This document shows positions 29,101-37,015 of a stretch of DNA of 64,000 nt, one piece after another (within the stretch, counting starts at the first letter, position 1; every line of letters starts with the position of its first letter). This stretch comes from an uncultured Candidatus Saccharibacteria bacterium (GTDB taxonomy: Bacteria; Patescibacteriota; Minisyncoccia; Phycocordibacterales; CALRHW01). The notes below the pieces were generated by a model. That model was not told where the DNA came from, ran no database searches, and was given only the letters and a program-made list of their open reading frames with translations. The position numbers were made by a program, and so were the translations under genes. The stretch lies in the NCBI GenBank assembly GCA_964407105.1, contig CAYOUG010000003.1:8393-72392 (forward strand), given 5' to 3'.

Positions 29101-29457
29101 ATGCGAAGCGTTGAAGCAGGGGAAATCGAAACCATTAGGGGGCAAATTATTTTCTGTTATCACACCCAAAGAGAACGTGGTGTTCGTGTAAATATGCCGA
29201 GTATTATTCGGCAAACACTTAGAGAACACGGTCTTAGTGATGATCAAGACCTATATCACCAGCTTTGTGCTGCGATGGGAAAACTAAGTCACCTGAAGAC
29301 TGGGAGTGGTAAAACAAAAAAAATCCCCAACGGAACTAGGTCAATAGTTTCGATATCGAGTCGAGGTATTGTCATAACCCCCCACCCCGTGACACCCTCC
29401 ACAAAAGACGATTTTCTCTTCCCAGAAATGGGAAGGCCCCAAACTGGACACCGCTGA
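29101..29457 (+). CDS. Orphan hypothetical protein on a G+C-rich islet. The six-frame ORF begins at 29047.
   Basis: A strong SD, AAAGGAGGA, lies 8 nt upstream of the ATG at 29101. The ORF is 118 aa, has no recognisable domain, and its stop codon sits in the loop of a strong terminator. Confidence 0.5.
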   Translation: MRSVEAGEIETIRGQIIFCYHTQRERGVRVNMPSIIRQTLREHGLSDDQDLYHQLCAAMGKLSHLKTGSGKTKKIPNGTRSIVSISSRGIVITPHPVTPSTKDDFLFPEMGRPQTGHR

Positions 29458-29486
29458 AAAAGCGGGTCCGGTTTTTTCTTTTTTTA
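29446..29486 (+). terminator. Intrinsic terminator (GGACACCGC-TGAAAAA-GCGGGTCC followed by GGTTTTTTCTTTTTTT).
   Basis: An 8/9-bp G+C stem followed by a long T tract. Confidence 0.65.
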
Positions 29487-29536
29487 GATAAAAAAATACC
29501 CCCCAGAGCAAGCGCCTAAGCACATACTTGGGGGGC
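29487..29536 (-). terminator. Minus-strand intrinsic terminator (CCCCCC...GGGGGG stem followed by TATTTTTTTATCT). It sits about 240 nt downstream of the pyrD stop.
   Basis: A C6/G6 stem with a roughly 24-nt loop and a T-rich tail on the minus strand. The 240 nt between it and the pyrD stop are G+C-rich and contain only a Cys-rich 87-aa ORF of doubtful validity. Confidence 0.35.
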
Positions 29537-29777
29537 ACGGCGAACCGAGAAAGGTGGTCATCCCATCACAAACCGGAGACGCGCAGCAAGACACGTAACA
29601 AGAAGCAACAGACACCTTCGACGGCACACAACGATTGCCTAAACTCATTTTGTGTGTTTTCGCCAATGAATTTAGTTCAGCCTTCCAATTCTTCCATTCC
29701 AAGAGCCTTGCAGCCATGATCGACTGATGAATCATCTGCACCAACATACTAGCGCAAAGATGTTATGGAAGTCAACA

Positions 29778-30860
29778 CTAATACATATCCACACCCACCG
29801 CTTCTTTTATATTATTAAAACCATCTCTTTTTAAAAATTTAACCAGATCTTTATTTATTTGCCCAATCACTTGAGGTCCTTCAAAAATCATTCCGGTAAT
29901 CATTTGTATGAGTGAGGCGCCGAGTCTGATTTTTTTATAAGCATCTTCGGCATTAAACACACCGCCACAACCAACAAGAATAAATCTATTTTTTTCTTTT
30001 TTAAAAATGTATGAAAGTAAATTATCTGAAATATTCTGAACCGGCTTACCACTAATTCCACCTTTTTTAGAAACATTGTCGTCAACAATTTTATCGTTTT
30101 GACGATTTTTTGTAAGATTTGAACACACAATACCGTGTATACGATGTCGTCGTACCACATCAAGAATATCGTCAATTTGTTTTTGACTCATGTCTGGGGA
30201 AAGTTTTATAAAAATCGGTTTATCAGTATGAATACGGTCAAGCGATTGAAATAGTAAATCAAGATTAATCGGGTCCATAAAGGGTTGCCCACCATCTGTA
30301 TTTGGACAACTAATATTCACCGTAAAAAAACTTCCTATATTTGTAAATGTTTTAAATCCTTCACCGTAATCATCAATTGCATTTTGAATATCAAGATTTT
30401 TTTTACAATTTGTCATGGCGATACTAGTAGAAACAGGAATTTCAAAATATTTTTCTTTTAAGCGTTCGAAAATATTTTTTGCTCCATCGTTTGCAAGACC
30501 ATAATTTACCACGGTGCCTTTTGATTTTTTTAATCGCCAAAGTCGTGGTTTTGGATTGCCTTCGCAAGGCAAATTTGTGATCGAACCAATTTCCATGTGT
30601 CCAAAACCGACAGATGGAATAATATCTGTTAATTGGGCATTTTTATCAAATCCAGCCGCAAGACCTATGGGATTTTTAAAATTAATTCCTAAAATATTTT
30701 GTTCAAGGGTTTTGTTTTCGTAATTAAAAAGAAATGATGTAATTTTTTTTGTTATAAAAAATTTGCCCAAAAAATTGCCTGAAAAAATAGCAAAATCATG
30801 CACATGTTCTGGATCTATCTTAAAAAGTATTGGTTTTATAAACAGGGTGTAAACGTTCAT
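29778..30860 (-). CDS. pyrD: Dihydroorotate dehydrogenase, quinone-dependent class 2.
   Basis: Aligns along its length with class-2 PyrD (GLAAGFDKN..., NISCPNT, GGISGKP, GCGGV...GASLIQMITGMIF). Confidence 0.85.
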   Translation of the reverse strand: MNVYTLFIKPILFKIDPEHVHDFAIFSGNFLGKFFITKKITSFLFNYENKTLEQNILGINFKNPIGLAAGFDKNAQLTDIIPSVGFGHMEIGSITNLPCEGNPKPRLWRLKKSKGTVVNYGLANDGAKNIFERLKEKYFEIPVSTSIAMTNCKKNLDIQNAIDDYGEGFKTFTNIGSFFTVNISCPNTDGGQPFMDPINLDLLFQSLDRIHTDKPIFIKLSPDMSQKQIDDILDVVRRHRIHGIVCSNLTKNRQNDKIVDDNVSKKGGISGKPVQNISDNLLSYIFKKEKNRFILVGCGGVFNAEDAYKKIRLGASLIQMITGMIFEGPQVIGQINKDLVKFLKRDGFNNIKEAVGVDMY

Positions 30861-30867
30861 AATTTGT

Positions 30868-30939
30868 GACCTTACGGGGAATCGAACCCCGATTCCGAGC
30901 TTGAGAAGCTCGTGTCCTAACCGTTAGACGATAAGGCCA
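30868..30939 (-). tRNA. tRNA-Glu (anticodon CUC). CCA is not encoded.
   Basis: The reverse-complement folds as GGCCTTA-TC-GTC-TAACGGTT-AGGAC-ACGAGC-TTCTCAA-GCTCG-GAAT-CGGGG-TTCGATT-CCCCG-TAAGGTC-A. The D-loop is of the Glu type. Confidence 0.85.
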
Positions 30940-31017
30940 TTTATTTGACAATGATGCACTCACAGCGCAATTATACGCATTTTAGAGCCAAAATCCAGCC
31001 GTACCAAAAAATTAATG

Positions 31018-32388
31018 CTATCTTTTAAGCCAATCCTCCTCTTGACGCACCAAAAATTCATGTGCTTTATTGGGCTCAGCCATCATCATTTTTACTGCTC
31101 GTTCCATGCGCATAGATTGTGATCCTTTCACAAGAATAATATCTCCTCTTTTAATAATTTTTGAAAGATAATCTCCGGCTTTAATAGAATCTTCGAAACG
31201 CACAATTTTCTTTTCTTTCATTCCAGCTTCTAGAGCACCCTCAGCGATAAAGCGCGCGCGTATACCCACAGTCACGAGTAAGTCTGCGTGCTCGGCCACG
31301 CGCGCGCCAGCCTTTTTGTGCTCTTCTGTAGAATATTTTCCAAGTTCAAGCATGTCACCGAGCACAGCAATCTTTCTTTTGCCTTGCACAAAACCAAGCG
31401 TTTCAAGGGCAAGTGAAAGTGCTATTGGAGATGAGTTGTAAGTGTCATCAATAATTGTTGTATGCTTAAGACCATCAATAAGCTTCATACGACCCGGAGG
31501 TGTATCGTATTGAGAAAGTGCCTCAACAAGTTTATTCAGATCTAAATTTTGTGAAAGACCCACAGAGAGCGCAGCAAGACATGTTTGAATATGTTGATAA
31601 CCAAGTGAGTTTTTTATATTAATATGTAAACTTTGACCACTATGATCCAAACGAAATCTGATACCTGTTGGTCTTTCGTTATTTGTAGAACTTGAAGTAG
31701 CTACTTCACCCTCGTATATTACAGAATATTCCGAAGCCACAAGATCTGCATGACCTTGTGTAGAAAAAAGTATTGTATTTGCTGAAGTGATATTTTTGTA
31801 AGCCAAAACGTCTTCATCGTCAGCATTCAAAATTACCACACCGTTTGGCTTTACCGCTTTTACAAGTTTACCCTTTTCTTCAAATACAGATTGTACAGAT
31901 GGAAAAAATTCCACATGAACGGGTATTTTACTCAAACGTGTCACCACTACCACATCAGACTTAAGCCAAGAAGTAATAAAATCCATATCGCCGGGTTTAT
32001 CTACGCCCACCTCCAAAACAAGCCACTCTGGATATTTGTTTGGTAAAATAATAAGTGCCAAACCTTCAAAAATATTTTTCAACCATTTTGATGGACTACT
32101 CCAAGCGTTTGCACAGCCAAGTATTGTGAGGGGTACACCTATTTCACTATTAAAACTCTTACTACTTTTTCTAATAAAATAAAATTTTGATAACACAGTA
32201 TAAATTGCGTCTTTTGTAGATGTTTTGCCAACACTACCCGTCACAGCCACAATTTTGGGCTTATATTTTTTAAGCACAAGTCGTGCCTCTAAAAGAATTA
32301 TCGCTGTTATTATTTTTTTTATAATTTTTTTAAACATGAATTTATCTGTCGGGCGGAATTTCGTAATAATTGATAAGGTATTTTGCAA
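31018..32388 (-). CDS. murF: UDP-N-acetylmuramoyl-tripeptide--D-alanyl-D-alanine ligase (Mur ligase family). Assigning it as MurF rather than MurE is tentative.
   Basis: Mur ligase motifs are present: VAVTGSVGKTSTKDAIYTVLS and SFNSEIGVPLTILG (MurF-like NNxIGVPLTLL). It occupies the dcw cluster position downstream of ftsI. Confidence 0.65.
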   Translation of the reverse strand: MQNTLSIITKFRPTDKFMFKKIIKKIITAIILLEARLVLKKYKPKIVAVTGSVGKTSTKDAIYTVLSKFYFIRKSSKSFNSEIGVPLTILGCANAWSSPSKWLKNIFEGLALIILPNKYPEWLVLEVGVDKPGDMDFITSWLKSDVVVVTRLSKIPVHVEFFPSVQSVFEEKGKLVKAVKPNGVVILNADDEDVLAYKNITSANTILFSTQGHADLVASEYSVIYEGEVATSSSTNNERPTGIRFRLDHSGQSLHINIKNSLGYQHIQTCLAALSVGLSQNLDLNKLVEALSQYDTPPGRMKLIDGLKHTTIIDDTYNSSPIALSLALETLGFVQGKRKIAVLGDMLELGKYSTEEHKKAGARVAEHADLLVTVGIRARFIAEGALEAGMKEKKIVRFEDSIKAGDYLSKIIKRGDIILVKGSQSMRMERAVKMMMAEPNKAHEFLVRQEEDWLKR

Positions 32389-34051
32389 TATTCATAAATG
32401 GTATCGGCAACGTTTCGGAAGAAAAACGAATGTTTTTTGGATAATACATAAACAAAAAAACCAAAAAACGTGGATTATATGCAGGAAAATACCCAAAAAA
32501 TGAATGCAAAAACCTATCTTCATAATATCCGCCACCGTTTGGATTTGCAATCTGAGCAGTTCCAGTCTTTGCGGCCACACTATAATTTGGAATTTTTATT
32601 TTTCCTTCGATAATAGATGCATCTACCGTTTGCACCAACATTTTAGAAATCGTTTCCGATGTTTTTTCACTAATCACCCGCCTACCATCATCAAAAGAAA
32701 TGGTTTTTGATGTGCCAGAATTAAAATATATTTTTTTTACTAAATGTGGTGTGACAAGTGTACCACCATTTGCAAGAGAAGAAAGTGCACGGACCATAGC
32801 TATGGGGGTTACAGCAATACCCTGACCAAAAGAAGCTGTGGCGTGTTCAATGTCTCGCGAACTTTTTAAATTTTGTACCAGCGGAGCAGCTTCGTTTGGT
32901 AAATCAACACCTGTCTTTTCACCCAAACCAAAATTAATCATGTATTGAGAAAATTTATCTTTACCTAATTGTTGCATAACAAATGTGGCGCCAGTATTTA
33001 ATGATTGATTAAGCACTTCTTGCATAGATATCACGCCACGACCTTTACCGTCATAGTTTGAAATCGTTTTACCGTTCAGGGTCACAGAACCCGTGTCATT
33101 GTAAGTGGTTTGTGGAGTTATAACCCCAGCATCAAGACCAGAGGCCACAGTAAGTGGTTTTACAATTGATCCCATTTCATAAACATTTTCCACCAATGGA
33201 TTTGAAAAAATAGCGGGATTTTTTTCTTCTTGAAATGAGTTTGGATTAAATGATGGATACATCGCCATCGCCACAATCTCCCCCGTTTTTGGATCTATCA
33301 CAATGCCACCCGTATAATCTGCAGACCATTTTTTATTTACTTGTGTAATCTCACGTTCCAAAAATGCCTGAACTGATGGTTCTATTGTTGTTACAATATC
33401 TCCGTGAGATTTTGAATGATTTGAAACTGAATCTTTAATATTCAAAAAAACATCTACGAAAAAGTTTGCATAAGAAGCTGAATTATCTTTTTTGAGTAAC
33501 TCATCATATGAACGTTCAAGTCCATAACGTCCACCAAAATCATTACCTTTATACGCCATAATACCAAGCACATGTGCAGCCATTTCTTCTCCTGGATAAA
33601 ATCTCCATTTCTCTTTAAAAATATTAAGACCAGTGATACCAAGTGCTTCTATTTTTTCACCAATTTCTGTATTTACGTGTTTCAACACCTCTTCATATGG
33701 ATCAGTTATTTTGTTTGCACGCGCAAAAAAAGTATCTCGATCAAGAGTCGACACAAGAGCTACAAGCTTTGTAAAAACTTCTTCTGGATTTTTTAAAACC
33801 TGTGGGTTTATTGCAACAATATAACCAGATTGTAGTGTGGCAGCAGATACCTGACCACCATCTTTTTTTTGAAAAAAAATCGTACCACGATTGAACACGT
33901 TAGAACCCGGTCTTTTGTGTTGCTGATCAGCGATATCTGAATATTTTTCTGCATTCACCACCTGTATACTGTACAAACGAAAAATAAGCACACAGGCACA
34001 CAACACTATACAAGAGAAAATAAACCTAATTCTTGAAATGTTGGGTCTCAT
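32342..34051 (-). CDS. ftsI: Penicillin-binding protein 3 / FtsI transpeptidase.
   Basis: An N-terminal transmembrane segment and the transpeptidase motifs SxxK (GSIVKP), SxN and KTG (AAKTGTAQ), in dcw cluster context. Confidence 0.85.
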   Translation of the reverse strand: MRPNISRIRFIFSCIVLCACVLIFRLYSIQVVNAEKYSDIADQQHKRPGSNVFNRGTIFFQKKDGGQVSAATLQSGYIVAINPQVLKNPEEVFTKLVALVSTLDRDTFFARANKITDPYEEVLKHVNTEIGEKIEALGITGLNIFKEKWRFYPGEEMAAHVLGIMAYKGNDFGGRYGLERSYDELLKKDNSASYANFFVDVFLNIKDSVSNHSKSHGDIVTTIEPSVQAFLEREITQVNKKWSADYTGGIVIDPKTGEIVAMAMYPSFNPNSFQEEKNPAIFSNPLVENVYEMGSIVKPLTVASGLDAGVITPQTTYNDTGSVTLNGKTISNYDGKGRGVISMQEVLNQSLNTGATFVMQQLGKDKFSQYMINFGLGEKTGVDLPNEAAPLVQNLKSSRDIEHATASFGQGIAVTPIAMVRALSSLANGGTLVTPHLVKKIYFNSGTSKTISFDDGRRVISEKTSETISKMLVQTVDASIIEGKIKIPNYSVAAKTGTAQIANPNGGGYYEDRFLHSFFGYFPAYNPRFLVFLFMYYPKNIRFSSETLPIPFMNIAKYLINYYEIPPDR

Positions 34052-34072
34052 ACACTATGACTATAACAGGTA

Positions 34073-34390
34073 TTACTGAATAGTATTAAATGAAACGAGC
34101 GCCGTAACAGGAGTTTTTGAAATATATTTTGGAGATTGTATGTCTTGATAACCAAGAGAATACGCAAGATCAATATCTATGTCGTTGCGCAATGATATAT
34201 ATTTAAATTCAAGATCACTTATTTCTGATACATGCACAGCAATTTCTTGTTCAAGAACTGCTCTTTTTGCTACATTAAACACCGTTTCATTCATAAAAAA
34301 GATGTAGAGAACACACAACGCAACACACATCCAACCAAAAACCCACACAAGTGTCCTTTCGTCTTTTAATACTGCAATTTTTGATGTCAT
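34073..34390 (-). CDS. ftsL: Small bitopic cell-division protein, FtsL-like.
   Basis: A 105-aa ORF with a single transmembrane segment, located between rsmH and ftsI. Confidence 0.45.
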   Translation of the reverse strand: MTSKIAVLKDERTLVWVFGWMCVALCVLYIFFMNETVFNVAKRAVLEQEIAVHVSEISDLEFKYISLRNDIDIDLAYSLGYQDIQSPKYISKTPVTALVSFNTIQ

Positions 34391-34414
34391 GTTTATTTGT
34401 ACTATGTTCTACTA

Positions 34415-35347
34415 CTAAATTTTTGAAATTATTCTGAGTTTTGCACTTCGTGATCGAGGATTTTTTTCTACTTCGTCATCAGTGGGTGTTATTGGTTTTT
34501 TTGTAATTTTTTGTGCTTTACCGTCGACTATTAATTGTTTAAAAAAAAGTTTTACGATTCGATCTTCTATGCTATGAAAAGAAATAACTGCGATACGCCC
34601 AGATGCTGTGAGGTGATCAAATGCTTTCTGTAAACCGTCTTTAAGTGCTCCCACCTCATCATTAACCGTCATACGCAAAGCTTGAAATGTGCGAGTGGCT
34701 GGATGAAGTTTCATGCGATGATACGAGCTGGGCGTCGCATTTTTAATTATCTCGACAAGATCAAATGTGGTTTCGATTGGTTTTTGTTTGCGCTCTTGAG
34801 CAATTTTTTTTGCAATGCGCCACGCATACCTTTCTTCACCATAATTTTTAATGATCGTCGCGATATTTTCTTCATCCCACATATTCACAATCTCTCGCGC
34901 AGTAAGTGTTTCTTCGGTAATTTCGCTTGCAAATGTCATGAGTAGTGGTTCATTTCTTTTAAATGAAAAACCTCTTCCCGACTCTTCTATTTCTTGCGAG
35001 CTAAGTCCGAGATCAAACATCACCTTGTTCACCTGCTCTATGCCGATTTTCTTGAGCACCACATCTATATATCTAAAATTTGATTGCTCAAGAATAATTT
35101 TTGCTCCAGTTTTTTCTTTCACTTTTGCAAGACGTTCTGCTGATCGCTCTAAAGCTTTTGCGTCTGCATCAAGTGCAATTACTGTGCCGTGCACACCCAC
35201 AAGCTCAGCTATTGCTTGCGTATGTCCACCACCACCGAGCGTGGCATCGAGCACGATTTCACCTTCGTGAATATCTAGCCCTTCTATGACTTCTTGTAAA
35301 AGAACACTCACATGAACAACGGAAGACTGTAAAGCGGTATTTGTCAT
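34415..35347 (-). CDS. rsmH: 16S rRNA (cytosine1402-N4)-methyltransferase RsmH/MraW.
   Basis: VLLQEVIEGLDIHEGEIVLDATLGGGGHT... is the characteristic N-terminus, in dcw context. Confidence 0.9.
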   Translation of the reverse strand: MTNTALQSSVVHVSVLLQEVIEGLDIHEGEIVLDATLGGGGHTQAIAELVGVHGTVIALDADAKALERSAERLAKVKEKTGAKIILEQSNFRYIDVVLKKIGIEQVNKVMFDLGLSSQEIEESGRGFSFKRNEPLLMTFASEITEETLTAREIVNMWDEENIATIIKNYGEERYAWRIAKKIAQERKQKPIETTFDLVEIIKNATPSSYHRMKLHPATRTFQALRMTVNDEVGALKDGLQKAFDHLTASGRIAVISFHSIEDRIVKLFFKQLIVDGKAQKITKKPITPTDDEVEKNPRSRSAKLRIISKI

Positions 35348-35353
35348 GTGGGT

Positions 35354-35809
35354 TTAAAATACTCCTATCTCACCGAGCTTTTCTGCCATGGTGTCAGCTT
35401 GCTTCTCAATTTTTCTCTTGTACTCTTTCCAAGCTTTTTCATTCCAGATCTCCACTCTGTTATGAACGCCAGTAAAAACTACACGATTTTTGAGCTCTGC
35501 AAACTCACGATGGAAGTCAGCTATGAGGATTCGGCCGATTGCATCGACATCCGTTTCCACTGCTCCTGCGAGCATAAAACGATTGAATCCTCGAGTGTCT
35601 GCTTGTCCCATACCAAGCTCGGCGAGTTTTGCGGAAATTTTTTCCCACTCAGCGAGCGGATATAAAAACAAACAGTTGTCTAAACCGTGGGTGATCACAA
35701 CTTTCTTTCCAACTTCTTTTCGAAACTTTGATGGCAAAGAGATTCTGTTTTTTTCATCTACTGTATGTGTGTATTCTCCGAGAAGCATTGTGATTGGTGA
35801 AATTACCAC
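35354..35809 (-). CDS. mraZ: Transcriptional regulator MraZ.
   Basis: MLLGEYTHTVDEKNRISLPSKFR and duplicated MraZ half-domains are present. It is the first gene of the dcw cluster. Confidence 0.9.
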   Translation of the reverse strand: MVISPITMLLGEYTHTVDEKNRISLPSKFRKEVGKKVVITHGLDNCLFLYPLAEWEKISAKLAELGMGQADTRGFNRFMLAGAVETDVDAIGRILIADFHREFAELKNRVVFTGVHNRVEIWNEKAWKEYKRKIEKQADTMAEKLGEIGVF

Positions 35810-35895
35810 TTTCTCCCACTTGGTTAATAGTATATAACACTCTATCCCACAGTACTACATTGTTATCCACATTTTTGCACGGCAAAAAAGAAGAA

Positions 35896-35969
35896 AAAAC
35901 GAGAGAAACCTACTCTTTCACTAAAGCGCTTCGCTAACCCGTTCAAGAGTAGGTTTCTCTCGTTTTTTT
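35896..35969. terminator. Strong bidirectional terminator-like hairpin with a perfect 18-bp stem (CGAGAGAAACCTACTCTT / AAGAGTAGGTTTCTCTCG) and a 27-nt loop, flanked by A and T runs.
   Basis: On the minus strand it is followed by TTTTTTCTTCTTTTTT and on the plus strand by TTTTTTT. It lies between the G+C-rich islet at 36.0-36.85 kb and the mraZ promoter region. Confidence 0.5.
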
Positions 35970-36058
35970 AACTTGACTTTGTGTATAAAATATGCTAGTA
36001 TTACAAGCAGATTGGGAGTAACGTATTCCCTTCGCACACTGTCAGTAGAGGAGCACAC

Positions 36059-36262
36059 ATGATACAGGTAAAGCCCCTTGGGTGGATCGCCAAAATTGGT
36101 GATCTTCTCATGCTTCCGGTGATGTGGCTACTCACCGGTATCGGAGAGTCTCCACAAAAAACTCACCGATGGAACAACACGAAGCTGTCTTACGGAGACG
36201 TCGTATTGATGCGACACGACCAAATGGTAGAGTGTGAAGGAATCAAAGGAGAAAAAAGCTGA
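36059..36262 (+). CDS. Small ORF (67 aa) of unknown function on a G+C-rich islet. Coding status is uncertain because a 147-aa ORF runs antisense to it.
   Basis: An SD, AGGAG, lies 5 nt upstream of the ATG. A promoter-like TTGACT-N17-TAGTAT lies at about 35975-36003. Confidence 0.3.
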   Translation: MIQVKPLGWIAKIGDLLMLPVMWLLTGIGESPQKTHRWNNTKLSYGDVVLMRHDQMVECEGIKGEKS

Positions 36263-36571
36263 TGGTTTGGCTTTCTCCCGATTTTCCACATTCCGTTGTT
36301 GGGTTGGCGTCACTATGTGGTGATTAAACCACCATCGTGGAGTGGAGAGTGGCACATCGGTTGGATCAGCGAGGACGTCATTGGCGTAAGTCAAATCAAA
36401 CTTCGTGGTCCAGTTCCGCGTCCTTGTTGGTCCAACAAATGTGAAGTTTTTTGGCATCATCGCTGGTAGCACCACGCAAACACTCCTGAACAAAGAAGGT
36501 TTTGGAAAACTTGGCGATGGAGGGCCATTTACAAGAGTGCCGCTACTTTGAGGGGGGATGCAAAAAAACAA
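36128..36571 (-). CDS. Alternative 147-aa ORF on the same G+C-rich islet. It has a TTG start and no clear SD.
   Basis: This is the longest open frame across the islet and is followed on the minus strand by the 18-bp hairpin terminator. It overlaps the plus-strand small ORF by about 135 nt, so at most one of the two is likely real. Confidence 0.3.
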   Translation of the reverse strand: MFFCIPPQSSGTLVNGPPSPSFPKPSLFRSVCVVLPAMMPKNFTFVGPTRTRNWTTKFDLTYANDVLADPTDVPLSTPRWWFNHHIVTPTQQRNVENREKAKPSAFFSFDSFTLYHLVVSHQYDVSVRQLRVVPSVSFLWRLSDTGE

Positions 36572-36619
36572 ACCAACCCGCGGCAGTCTTTTTCATTCAT
36601 TCACAATTGGAGACAAAAC

Positions 36620-36814
36620 ATGCCTAGCACTTCTCGCACAGTGATCATTGTGAGAGGAATCGGGAGTATGATGTTCCTTCTCGGTTTCTTTGTTCTTCTG
36701 TCCGTCTTCTTGTTTCCACACCGCCATGTCTATGCAATAGGAGGTTTACTTTTGTTGTTTGGTGGTATGTTAGCATCAATGGATGCTCCACCACAAACAA
36801 GTTGCCGATGTTAG
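36620..36814 (+). CDS. Small hydrophobic protein of 64 aa with two predicted transmembrane segments.
   Basis: An SD, TGGAGA, lies 6 nt upstream of the ATG. The product is MPSTSRTVIIVRGIGSMMFLLGFFVLLSVFLFPHRHVYAIGGLLLLFGGMLASM..., and it is followed by a terminator. Confidence 0.35.
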   Translation: MPSTSRTVIIVRGIGSMMFLLGFFVLLSVFLFPHRHVYAIGGLLLLFGGMLASMDAPPQTSCRC

Positions 36815-36828
36815 ACAAAAAGCTAACC

Positions 36829-36877
36829 CGACCACCAACCCGCGCAGTCTTTACTGACTGAGGCGGGTTTTTTTAAT
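36829..36877 (+). terminator. Intrinsic terminator (CCCGC-G-CAGTC...GACTG-AG-GCGGG followed by TTTTTTT).
   Basis: A two-part G+C stem followed by seven T residues, directly after the 36620..36814 ORF. Confidence 0.5.
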
Positions 36878-36891
36878 ACTCTAAAGATAAA

Positions 36892-37003
36892 CAAAACAAA
36901 AACAATACTTTTTCCGGGTACGGAATTTTTGAAGCTTAAAAATTCCTGAAACTCTCGCGCCGTCGCGCTCGAGACCTCCTCCAAAAGTATTGTTTTTGTT
37001 TTG
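36892..37003. repeat. Perfect 21-bp inverted repeat (CAAAACAAAAACAATACTTTT / AAAAGTATTGTTTTTGTTTTG) enclosing a 70-nt G+C-rich spacer that has its own internal hairpins.
   Basis: The arms are at 36892-36912 and 36983-37003. The spacer contains GGAATTTTT-GAAGCTT-AAAAATTCC. The right arm begins 13 nt beyond the lysS stop codon. Confidence 0.6.
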
Positions 37004-37015
37004 CTGCTCTTTCAC

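Noticed and set aside
29484-29747. 87-aa Cys-rich minus-strand ORF (…CVPSKVSVASCYVSCCASPVCDGMTTFLGSPCPPSMCLGACSGG…), a possible RiPP-like precursor
   Set aside because: There is no ribosome-binding site or promoter, the Cys-rich composition follows from GC-rich codons (TGC/TGT/GCx), and it overlaps a plus-strand ORF. It is retained only as part of the unassigned 240-nt region in finding 6.
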